NCBI RefSeq assembly: GCF_035285525.1
Contig: NZ_JAYKGW010000070.1
Coordinates: 4,420 to 36,419, forward strand
DNA length: 32,000 bases
Reading direction: 5' to 3'
From: Okeania sp.
GTDB taxonomy: Bacteria > Cyanobacteriota > Cyanobacteriia > Cyanobacteriales > Microcoleaceae
Below are positions 1 to 8,006 of the stretch, one piece after another. The position numbers were made by a program, and so were the translations under genes. Below the pieces are notes generated by a model. It was not told the DNA's origin. It was given only the letters and a program-made list of their open reading frames with translations, and did no database searches. The stretch's first letter is position 1; each line of letters starts with the position of its first letter.

Positions 1-350
1 CGGTTTATGGTGCAACTAAGGCTTTTGTTTTGAGTTTTAGTGAGGCTTTGTGGGCAGAAAATCAAGATTCAGGGGTGAAGATATTAGCTCTTTGTCCTGG
101 ACCTACAGAATCAAATTTTTTCCAAAAAGCAGAATTTCCTAGCTCTGCTGGAGGAGGTTCAATGCAAAAATTGGCATCTGCTAAAGAGGTAGTAAAAGAT
201 GCTCTTCAAGCATTAGAAAAAAATCAGTCTAATGTTGTTACTGGAGGATTTTTAAATCAGGTTATTGTTAATAGTTCTCGTTTTCTTCCACGAGAAATTT
301 TAGTTAGTGCAGTCGCAAAACAGTTTAAAAGCCTAAAGTCTAATTATTAA
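1..350 (+). CDS. short-chain dehydrogenase/reductase (SDR) family oxidoreductase, C-terminal part (5' end lies outside the window)
   Basis: Frame 3 from nt 3 reads VYGATKAFVLSFSEALWAENQDSGVKILALCPGPTESNFF. This contains the YxxxK catalytic motif and the downstream PG motif of classical SDRs. The frame is open to the window edge and stops at TAA 348-350. Confidence 0.8.
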   Translation, partial: VYGATKAFVLSFSEALWAENQDSGVKILALCPGPTESNFFQKAEFPSSAGGGSMQKLASAKEVVKDALQALEKNQSNVVTGGFLNQVIVNSSRFLPREILVSAVAKQFKSLKSNY

Positions 351-876
351 TAATTAGGGCTTGCTGATTAAATCTAAAAGTCTTCATAGATAAATATTTC
401 AGTCTTTTTATAGTCTAAAAAAGTGCAAGTTTTTAGGAGAATTAGGTTGAAAAACTTAGGATTTTACATGAACTAAGACAGAAAAATTAAGAAACTCTAA
501 CTTCAACTACTTCCTCTGTAACTTTCCTAAATCCTTACTCTTAACTACTCCCTATCTCGACAAAAAGACTGAAGAAGCGCAAACTCTAATTAGGGTTTGC
601 TGAATTATTGATGAAAGCCTTTACAGATAAATATTTTAGCATTTTTAGGTAGGTCAAAAGTACCAGCTTTTAAGTCTTGAAAGCTGAAAAGTCTAGGATT
701 TTCTGCCATAATTAGCAGATTTTTCGGGAACCGTAAATCAAGAGATAATTCTTCTGTACGGACGTTGCATGCAACGTCCCTACTCTTCTGTAACTCCTAT
801 TCCCATCAGGATTCTGGATTGCTCGATTTTGGCTTCTCCTTGCTACTAAAAGACTTTTTCAGCAAGCTCTAATTAA
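351..876. mobile_element. two tandem copies of a MITE-like element (about 351-592 and 586-876) with TAATTAGGGCTTGCTGA-type ends
   Basis: Left ends are TAATTAGGGCTTGCTGA (351) and CTAATTAGGGTTTGCTGA (586). The right end TCAGCAAGCTCTAATTAA (859-876) is the inverted complement. The copies share internal blocks (ATAGATAAATATTT, CTCTGTAACT). A third, isolated left end lies at 24606-24622. There is no coding capacity. Confidence 0.7.
760..779. repeat. perfect 20-nt palindrome GGACGTTGCATGCAACGTCC nested in the MITE (small dispersed repeat type)
   Basis: The perfect palindrome can be read directly. A related copy, GGGACGTTGCATAAGGGCGTCCC, sits nested in another element at 22709-22731. This nesting resembles the small dispersed repeats described for Nostoc genomes. 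Confidence 0.7.
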
Positions 877-1078
877 AGATTATTTCTTGCTAAAGAGGAT
901 TCTAAATTAGTGCAGAAATATTATTTCTTTTCTTTCCTGAAAAGGAGAGGCTTTAAACCTCTGAATATCAATTATTCATTATTCACTATCTATTGGTAAA
1001 TCTATTGCCAAAATGGTCATTTCCATTTTAAATCTAATAATAGAATCCTAAAATTAGTCTTGACAAATAAAGGAGATT

Positions 1079-1525
1079 ATGTTAAAAAAACAATCCATAG
1101 TATTATGGGTAATGGCACTATTAATGGCATTTTTGGCGAGTTGTAGTTCTCCGACTCCACCACCAACTTACTCCGATGCTCAATTACAGAAAATAGAACT
1201 TTCTACTTCTGGAATACAAGCTTTGCGCGATCGCATGGTGGATGAGCTAGAAAGTCTAATTCAAAAAGGTGACTGGGTAAATGTGGGTACATTTATCCAC
1301 GGGCCTTTGGGAGATTTACGGAGTAAAACTAATTATTTGACCCAAATTTTACTCTTAGAAAAAGACAAAGCACCTGTGATAGATGCAGCCAAAAAAGTAT
1401 ATGAAGATTTAGAGAGTATTGATGTAGCAGCAGCAGCAAATGATACAACGGCAGCTCTAAATAACTATGAAAAAGCAGTAGCTGATTTTGATACTTTCTT
1501 AGGTTTGGTGCCAACAGATAGTTAA
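1079..1525 (+). CDS. psbQ: photosystem II extrinsic lipoprotein CyanoQ (PsbQ)
   Basis: The N-terminus is a signal peptide with a lipobox (LASC). WVNVGTFIHGPLGDLR and the C-terminal ADFDTFLGLVP match my recollection of Synechocystis CyanoQ (WVDTQTYIHGPLGQLR, ADFDSFLNLLP). AGGAG lies 6 nt upstream of the ATG. Confidence 0.8.
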   Translation: MLKKQSIVLWVMALLMAFLASCSSPTPPPTYSDAQLQKIELSTSGIQALRDRMVDELESLIQKGDWVNVGTFIHGPLGDLRSKTNYLTQILLLEKDKAPVIDAAKKVYEDLESIDVAAAANDTTAALNNYEKAVADFDTFLGLVPTDS

Positions 1526-1570
1526 GTAGCTTTCAGCTTAAGTCAAAACTATAACAATCCTATAGAAAAC

Positions 1571-1745
1571 AGGGAGAAAGGGAGAGTGGGAGTAGGGGAG
1601 AGGGAGAGGGGAAGACACGGAGACGCGGATATCTGTCACCGTGCCATCGTGTCAAATCTTAAAAACTTACTCTTACTCTCCCCGACTCCCCGACTTCCCG
1701 ACTCCCCGACTCCCCGACTCCCTACTCCCTACTGCCTACTCTCTA
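1571..1745. repeat. purine-rich tract (1571-1615) facing a pyrimidine-rich octamer/heptamer STRR array (1668-1745)
   Basis: AGGGAGAAAGGGAGAGTGGGAGTAGGGGAGAGGGAGAGGGG is followed about 55 nt later by (CCCGACTC)x5 and then CCTACTC-type heptamers. The two arms are partly complementary. The listed ORF 1586..1816 is an artefact of this repeat. Confidence 0.75.
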
Positions 1746-1754
1746 TAGAAAAAT

Positions 1755-2921
1755 ATGACTCATATAGTAATTATTGGATGCGGAATAGTTGGAGCGACGA
1801 TCGCTTACCAACTTAGCAAAATAGAAGGTTTAAAAATTACAGTATTAGATAAACAAATGCCAGCTCAAGAATCTACTGGTGCTGCTTTGGGTGTTTTGAT
1901 GGGAGTTATTAGTCAAAAAGCTAAAGGTAGACCTTGGAAAATGAGACGGATGAGTGTGCAAGCTTATCATAGTTTAATTCCGGAGTTAGAAGCCAAAATA
2001 AATCGGTCTATTCCTCATAACCGTCAAGGTATTTTACATTTGTGTTTTGAAGATAATCTAGATAAATGGCAAAGATTAATTGATATTCGAGAAGCAGACG
2101 GTTGGCCATTAGAAATGTGGAATGTCGAACAACTGAGCGATCGCTGCCCCCAACTGGAAACATCGGAGGTGAAGGCAGCTATTTATTCTCCTCAAGATTT
2201 ACAAATCAATCCTAGGGAGTTAACTTTAGCTTTAGTGGAAGCTGCTCAACAAAATGGGGTTAAGTTTCATTTTGGAGTTACTGTTACGCAATATAAAACT
2301 ATTTCTCATCCCAAAAATGAATTTAGTTGTCGCCAAGTTTATATCAAAAGTTTGGATGAGGGAAAAAAAGCTCCTGCTTTACCAGATGTAGATTGGTTGG
2401 TTGTGGCTGCGGGGTTAGGTTCATTGTCCTGTTTGCAAGGAATAAATGGGGGTAAACTACGGTCTCTGGAACTCAAGCGTAAATCTAATCTGGAGAATAA
2501 ATTTACTATTGTGCCTGTGTTAGGTCAAGCTTTACATCTCCAAGTACCAGCACTTTTGGGAAATCCAGATTTTCAACCAGTGATAACTGGGGATGATGTG
2601 CATATTGTACCAGTGGCAGAAAATGAATATTGGGTGGGAGCAACTGTTGAGTTTCCTAATGATAGGGGTGAAGTGGTAGCTGACTCTAGTTTATTAGATA
2701 CGGCGATGGCAAGAGCTATTAGTTTTTGTCCGGGTTTAGCAGAAGGAACTATTCTCAGGAAATGGTCTGGTTTACGACCTCGCCCAGAAGGTCAAGCTGC
2801 TCCTGCTGTTGGTTATTTGGAAGGGTTTAAAAATGTGTTGTTAGCAACTGGTCATTATCGGAATGGAGTTTTGTTAGCTCCAGCAACCGCAGAAGCAGTT
2901 GAGAAAATGATTGTGAAATAG
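1755..2921 (+). CDS. FAD-dependent oxidoreductase, DAO family (glycine oxidase ThiO-like)
   Basis: The N-terminus IVIIGCGIVGATIAYQL is a GxGxxG Rossmann motif. The C-terminal ATGHYRNGVLLAPATAEAV is typical of ThiO/DAO enzymes. The ORF is 388 aa. Confidence 0.8.
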   Translation: MTHIVIIGCGIVGATIAYQLSKIEGLKITVLDKQMPAQESTGAALGVLMGVISQKAKGRPWKMRRMSVQAYHSLIPELEAKINRSIPHNRQGILHLCFEDNLDKWQRLIDIREADGWPLEMWNVEQLSDRCPQLETSEVKAAIYSPQDLQINPRELTLALVEAAQQNGVKFHFGVTVTQYKTISHPKNEFSCRQVYIKSLDEGKKAPALPDVDWLVVAAGLGSLSCLQGINGGKLRSLELKRKSNLENKFTIVPVLGQALHLQVPALLGNPDFQPVITGDDVHIVPVAENEYWVGATVEFPNDRGEVVADSSLLDTAMARAISFCPGLAEGTILRKWSGLRPRPEGQAAPAVGYLEGFKNVLLATGHYRNGVLLAPATAEAVEKMIVK

Positions 2922-3058
2922 AAGGAAGAAGGCTTTAGTTATCTAGGAGAGAAGGAAGAAGAAAAGTATTGTAAAGTTTTATCAATTTTATAGAAAAAGA
3001 CAGGAAAACAACTAAAAATATCTTAGACTGAGAAAGGAAAGCCCCAACAGCTCGTTAA

Positions 3059-4335
3059 ATGTTTACAGGAGGGATGATGCAGTTAGTGGAACGTACTATC
3101 ATTAACAAAAATCATCCCAATTATAAATCACTTGATGCTCTAGCTTTCTTGTCTAAAAATCTCTACAATATAGCTAACTACATAGTCAGACAAGAGTTTA
3201 TTAATAAAGGAAATTATCTAGATTATAAAAAGGTTCAAAATTTATTACAGTCGGGAGTAGATTATCAAGCAATACCAGCCAAAGTTGCTCAACAGGTTTT
3301 GATTCTTTTAGATAAAAATTGGCAAAGTTTTTTTCAAGCTATAAGAGCTTATAATGAATGTCCGAGTAAGTTTAAAAGTCGTCCTAAATTGCCAAAATAT
3401 AAAGATAAAAAGAAAGGGAGGAATATTTTAGTCTATACAAAACAAGCCATTAGTAAACCTCAATTAGTCAAAAATAAGAAGATATTACTATCAAAAAGTA
3501 AGCTATTTTTTGACAGTAAAATAAATTATGATTCTCTGCAACAAGTGAGAATTGTTCCTAAACTTAAATTACTTTGTGATAGAAGTGGTTTACGAATCCG
3601 TTGAAGTTAAATTAGATTTGTCAGAATATCATGTAGCTTCTGTAGATTTGGGAGTGAATAATTTGGCAACTGTAACATCAAATAAAAAAGGTTTTCAACC
3701 CTTAATTATTAACGGCAGACCAGTCAAATCAATCAATCAATTCTATAATAAGAAAAAGGGTAAACTACAATCAGAATTAAAGGATGCTAAAAGTAGTAAT
3801 CGAATCAAAAGATTATCGACAAAAAGAAATTTAAAGATTGATGATTATCTACATGTATACTAGCAGATATATTATTAATCATCTGATAGAGAACCAGATA
3901 GGAATTTTAGTAATAGGAAATAATCCTAACTGGAAACAAGGTATAAATCTGGACAAAAAAAACAATCAAAACTTTGTTCAAATTCCTTTTTTCAAGTTAA
4001 TTGAACAACTAAAATACAAAGCCTTGCTTAGTAGGAATCAAAGTAATAATTAATGAAGAGAGTTATACCTCAAAAGCTAGTTTTTTAGACTGGGACGATT
4101 TACCAGTTTATCAAAAAGGTGTCAAATATAAATAAGCGTGGTAAACGAGTGAAAAGAGGACTTTATGAAGCTTCAAATGGTGTCAAATACAATGAAATGC
4201 GTCAATTGAAGTTTAAATATATTACGAAAATTAGTCCCAAACGCTTTTAGCAATGGGATAGAGGAGCCAGTGCGTTGGGGGGGTTTCCCGACAGTCACGC
4301 AACTGGCGTGGTGTTGTAGTTCACCCCATTAAGGT
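3059..4335 (+). pseudogene. tnpB: IS200/IS605-family tnpB (OrfB/IS1341-type RNA-guided nuclease), multiply frameshifted, with no tnpA
   Basis: Homology runs through four reading frames: 3059-3604, 3552-3863, 3838-4053 and 4052-4135. Motifs include VDLGVNNLATV (RuvC-I Asp), IGILVIGNNPNWKQ, and NEESYTSKASFLD followed by GKRVKRGLYEASNG. The tail PKRFSNGIE...VVVHPIKV is broken by stops and by a roughly 40-nt hairpin insert at about 4266-4307. Confidence 0.85.
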
Positions 4336-4423
4336 AACACTTAATTAAAACACTTGTCAAGGAATATTTTTCTATAGATTTAGTAACTATGAATCTTCTA
4401 CAGATAAACCTGTTCTCTCCATA

Positions 4424-4459
4424 CCTATTCCCTGTTCCTTGTTCCCTGTTCCCTATTCC
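4424..4459. repeat. STRR heptamer array (TTCCCTG-type)
   Basis: CCTATTCCCTGTTCCTTGTTCCCTGTTCCCTATTCC lies immediately 3' of the DarT-macro stop codon. Confidence 0.8.
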
Positions 4460-4469
4460 TTTGATTTGC

Positions 4470-5681
4470 TTAAAAATCAACAACTTGACTCAGTAAAAAA
4501 TCTGGGGATATTAGCCTTTCATCCAACTTTTTTTCTGCTGGTAAATATATAGCTACAGTAATATCCATAGAAGTTAAATATTTACACATTAGAGGTCCGA
4601 CATCTTCCCAATCTAAACCTCCTAAACCACGTCCAAGTGCAGGCATAGCTAAAGATTTTATGCCTTGTTTTTGATAATTATTGGCAAGCCATTCTAAACC
4701 ATTTTTTATATCTTCAATTTCCGAAGCATTTCGCCAATGTTTTTTGGTGGGAAAGAGCAAAAACCATTTTTGTTCATTATTCAAAAAATCTTGAGGGAGA
4801 AAAAATTTACTATCTCCTAATTGTTCTTTTACGGATGATTCTCTTTTATATAAATATGGCTTTCCTATTTGCAAATATTTGCTTTTACAAACTTCTTGGT
4901 ATCTAACATAAACATCTGGAAATCTATATTTTGCTGTTGATGCTAATCCTTTTCCCATCACACCAACACAATTAACACTTACAGTCAAAGTTTGCATATT
5001 AGAAAAGAACATATCCCCGCGAATCAGAGAAATATTTTCTGTTAACTTTCGACTCCATTCTGGTTGGAAAAACTTTGTTGGTTCAACTACAATAGAAATA
5101 TTTTTACCATAATTATTTCGGGCAAAAGTGTCTCTTAAAGATTGATTGGCTTTTTCACAAGCCACATAAATAGTTTGAATATTAGTAGCAGGAACTACAT
5201 CAGGAACTAAACATTCAGCCATAATTTTTCTTTTAGAACCATCCTCATTACTCCACCATTCTTTATCGGTTTCTTTTTTAATTTGTTTCAGAATATTTAA
5301 TTCTTCTGCTTCCTGAATAGAAATAATTTCCGAATCGTTATGAGCAGCATTCCCTGTAGTAATCCAAATATCTCTTCTAGTTAAAATATCTCGTTTCACT
5401 GAAATAATAACAATTTCTTCAATAGCATATTTATGAATAATTGAGTAAAGCATTGCATTTATAGGTTGAAAGTAAAGATTCGCAAAGCTCCACAATGATT
5501 TATTATTAAAAACTATTTTTTGATAACGATTATCGACTATTTGTGAGTTGTAAATTGTTGTAGGTTTTAGTTGATTATATTCTATTAATTGGTGAGATAG
5601 AATGCCTTTCTCTAAAATAGAGATGATATTTTCGATATGAGTAATATAGAATAAATTTTGAATACTTGTTTTGTGTACCAT
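4470..5681 (-). CDS. fusion protein: DarT-like (DUF4433) ADP-ribosyltransferase domain plus DarG-type macrodomain
   Basis: The N-terminal half carries FYITHIENIISILEKGIL, LYFQPINAMLYSI, ITTGNAA and KIMAECLVPDVVP (Glu156 at nt 5214-5216). The order and spacing match DarT. The C-terminal half carries VNCVGVMGKGLA, FPTKKHWR (Lys313 at nt 4743-4745) and PALGRGLGGLDWEDV, as in the DarG/TARG1-type macrodomain. It is one uninterrupted 403-aa ORF. Confidence 0.8.
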   Translation of the reverse strand: MVHKTSIQNLFYITHIENIISILEKGILSHQLIEYNQLKPTTIYNSQIVDNRYQKIVFNNKSLWSFANLYFQPINAMLYSIIHKYAIEEIVIISVKRDILTRRDIWITTGNAAHNDSEIISIQEAEELNILKQIKKETDKEWWSNEDGSKRKIMAECLVPDVVPATNIQTIYVACEKANQSLRDTFARNNYGKNISIVVEPTKFFQPEWSRKLTENISLIRGDMFFSNMQTLTVSVNCVGVMGKGLASTAKYRFPDVYVRYQEVCKSKYLQIGKPYLYKRESSVKEQLGDSKFFLPQDFLNNEQKWFLLFPTKKHWRNASEIEDIKNGLEWLANNYQKQGIKSLAMPALGRGLGGLDWEDVGPLMCKYLTSMDITVAIYLPAEKKLDERLISPDFLLSQVVDF

Positions 5682-5810
5682 CTGTTTTTAATGTTTGTAG
5701 TTCCGCTGTCACGTTTCTTTGCCTGACTGAAAGGCAGAGCCTAGCGGCAGCTATATCGCTCAGGTTCAGAAAAAAATTATATGGTTATTTACTTATATTT
5801 AATAGTTAAA

Positions 5811-6221
5811 TTAACTATTCCAGAAATTATCATAAATAGATTTAATAGCCTTTTCTAAAGGTGGTAGATAATTTTCTACCACATCCCAAACTACTTCAAT
5901 ATCAATCCCTAAATATTCATGGGCTAATCTATTTCTAAATCATGCTATTTTTTCCCACAAAATGTTTGGTTCTGAATCTTTCCATTCTGTCGGTAACTTT
6001 TTAATAGACTCACACATAACCTCTAGATTTTTCAAGACAGCATCTTGGATAATAGGTAAACATTCAGTCGTCAGCTATCAGCTATCATAAGACTGATTTT
6101 AATCTTTGATAAAAGCTTTATTAATTAAGCAAAAAAAATCTTCTTTCCCTTCTTTATTATCAACCTTTATCCTGGTTAAACAGTCTCTAATGTGAATTAA
6201 ATAAACTCTCTTTTATTTCAT
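5811..6221 (-). pseudogene. HEPN (DUF86) toxin gene remnant
   Basis: The minus strand reads MK*KRVYLIHIRDCLTRIKVDNKEGKEDFF, then a frame break at the inserted GCTGATAGCTGA heptamers (about 6066-6082), then LPIIQDAVLKNLEVMCESIKKLP...WEKIA*FRNRLAHEYLGIDIEVVWDVV. The Rx4-6H HEPN motif (RNRLAH) is present. There is a TAA at codon 3 and an in-frame TGA at 5940-5942. Confidence 0.7.
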
Positions 6222-6238
6222 AAATTAATCGCCTACTT

Positions 6239-6511
6239 TCAGACATTTTCCTTAATAAAATAATGTAAAGATTTAGTAGAAACTACATCGACTTTTCTAT
6301 TTAAAAGCTGTTCTAAATCTTCTATTAAACCAACAGGAAACCAAGGAGAAATCTTAGACAAATCATAATCAATCAAAAAATCTATGTCACTATTTTCTGC
6401 CTCTTCTCCCCTAGCTACCGAGCCAAACACCCTGACATTAAATGACCCATGTTTAGCAGCTAAAGCTAATATTTCCTCTCGTTTTTATTGTAAGTATTTC
6501 TTAAGTTTCAT
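6239..6511 (-). pseudogene. MNT-type nucleotidyltransferase antitoxin gene with a premature stop at codon 9
   Basis: From the ATG at 6511 the minus strand reads MKLKKYLQ*KREEILALAAKHGSFNVRVFGSVARGEEAENSDIDFLIDY. The GSxxRGE...DxD motif marks a minimal nucleotidyltransferase. The in-frame TAA is at 6485-6487. The listed ORF 6239..6430 is the part after the stop (GTG start). The gene lies directly upstream of the HEPN remnant, as in HEPN/MNT modules. Confidence 0.7.
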
Positions 6512-6846
6512 TTTTCTATGTTAACATTTTATTGGTAATTTTTTGCCACAATTTTAGTTTCCCATAATTTTAGTCTTTTTTGAGTATTAAGTATTAATAG
6601 TTAAAAATATTTGTACCCACATTCGGCACTTAAATTTATAATCTTAAAAGAACCGGTAAGTTGGCTAGATAAAAATATAATTTACTGATATAATGGATAA
6701 TAGTTTGGTCAGAAAAAGCTTCTTTCCTTTCTTTTTTGGAAAGGAGCGATAATGCTCCGCATCGCTGACGCGATCGCCTCTTGGTAACAACTATCCTGAA
6801 TAAAATATTTTATAATTAAGTAAGCTCTTAACTTTCAAAAGTTTCT

Positions 6847-7521
6847 ATGTCTCAAAGCACTTTAATATCAACAAAAATTCCACCCCTGGAAAACGGCGAT
6901 AAACTTAATTGTATTCAATTTGAAAGGCGTTATGAACAAATGCCTCATATCAAAAAAGCTGAACTAATTGCAGGAATTGTTTATATAGCATCACCTTTAA
7001 GGATTAATGAACATGGAGAACCTCATGCTTCAATTATAACATGGCTTGGTTTCTATAAAGCTTTTACTCCTAATCTGCAAATAGGAGATAATTGTACAGT
7101 ACGTCTTGATGCAGAAAATCAACCTCAACCTGATGTTTTACTCAGAATTAATGTTGATGGTCAATCGACAATTAGTAAAGATGGCTATGTAGAAGGTGCG
7201 CCAGAATTAATTATAGAAATTGCAGCTAGCAGTGCATCTATTGATTTACATCAAAAATTAAAAACTTATCAAAATAATCAAGTACAAGAATATTTAGTTT
7301 GGCGGATTTATGACAGAGAAATTGATTGGTTTAGGTTAAAAAACAGAAAATATATTAAACTTAAATCCAATGAAAAAGGGATTATTTGTAGTGAATATTT
7401 CCCTGGTTTATGGTTAGACAAAGAAGCTTTAATTTCAGGAAATTTAGCCAAAGTATTAGCAATTTTACAACAGGGATTAAATTCTCCAGAATATCAAAAA
7501 TTTGTCAAAAATTATGATTAA
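6847..7521 (+). CDS. Uma2-family (DUF820) putative PD-(D/E)xK endonuclease
   Basis: QPQPDVLLRI followed by APELIIEIAASSASIDLHQKLKTYQNNQVQEYLVW matches the Uma2 core pattern (PD..., PEL.vEi.S.s....D...K...Y...gv.EYw). The ORF is 224 aa. Confidence 0.85.
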   Translation: MSQSTLISTKIPPLENGDKLNCIQFERRYEQMPHIKKAELIAGIVYIASPLRINEHGEPHASIITWLGFYKAFTPNLQIGDNCTVRLDAENQPQPDVLLRINVDGQSTISKDGYVEGAPELIIEIAASSASIDLHQKLKTYQNNQVQEYLVWRIYDREIDWFRLKNRKYIKLKSNEKGIICSEYFPGLWLDKEALISGNLAKVLAILQQGLNSPEYQKFVKNYD

Positions 7522-7574
7522 GTCTTAAGCATTGAACTAAAATAGTGAGGATTTAATCATAAACGCTATTAGTA

Positions 7575-7681
7575 GTGGACTGTTTCATCTTAAATGGTGC
7601 AATAGCAAATTGGTCTGAGATTGCTTCACTATCGTTCGCAATGACAAATAATCATGCACTATTTTAGGTGAAACAGTCCAG
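7575..7681. mobile_element. MITE-like element with imperfect terminal inverted repeats of about 27 nt
   Basis: GTGGACTGTTTCATCTTAAATGGTGCA (7575-7601) is matched by the reverse complement of TGCACTATTTTAGGTGAAACAGTCCAG (7655-7681). Confidence 0.6.
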
Positions 7682-7969
7682 TAGGGTATGTTACGAAGTG
7701 CGCTAACGCACCAAGGCACTATATCTATGTAGCTCCTTTGCGTAAGTTCTGATAGTAAAAAAAATCAGTATCTTGTAGAGAAAAATATCATTTCCTGATA
7801 TAATATTTAGTTCATTAGTAGGACTTACGCAAAGGTACTATATATATAGATATATAGTCAAAAAACTATTGCGTATGGGGTTACACTATATCTATGGTCG
7901 CTGCGTAAGTCTTGAAAAGTACTATGTATGGCGTATTGGTGCGTTACGAAGTGCGCTAACACACCCTAC
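7681..7969. mobile_element. composite inverted-repeat element enclosing a copy of the ACTTACGCAAAG...TGCGTAAGT MITE family (7821-7914)
   Basis: The outer arms are GTAGGGTATGTTACGAAGTGCGCTAACGCACCAA (7681-7714) and TTGGTGCGTTACGAAGTGCGCTAACACACCCTAC (7936-7969). The inner element is GGACTTACGCAAAGGTACTATATATA...CTATGGTCGCTGCGTAAGTCTTGA. A right-end half copy lies at about 7722-7755. Confidence 0.55.
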
Positions 7970-7978
7970 CACTGAAAA

Positions 7979-8006
7979 AGCTGATAACTGATAACTGATA
8001 ACTGAA
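7979..8006 (+). repeat. CTGATAA heptamer (STRR) array abutting the helicase start codon
   Basis: GCTGATAACTGATAACTGATAACTGAA is followed directly by the ATG at 8007. No Shine-Dalgarno-like purine run lies between them. Confidence 0.9.

Noticed and set aside
1560-1754. TPP riboswitch upstream of the ThiO-like gene
   Set aside because: The conserved CUGAGA and ACCUGAUCUGGAUAAUGCCAGCG-type cores are absent. The region is made of STRR-type repeats.
1586-1816. 76-aa ORF upstream of and overlapping the FAD oxidoreductase start
   Set aside because: It is a translation of the purine tract and octamer array (GERERG..., PTPRLPDSPTPRLP). It overlaps the well-supported ATG at 1755 in another frame.
4295-4483. 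62-aa minus-strand ORF between tnpB and the DarT-macro gene
   Set aside because: It spans the STRR heptamer array and the tnpB 3' remnant, and nothing in it resembles a known family. I considered it as a remnant of the missing DarG C-terminal domain but saw no supporting similarity.
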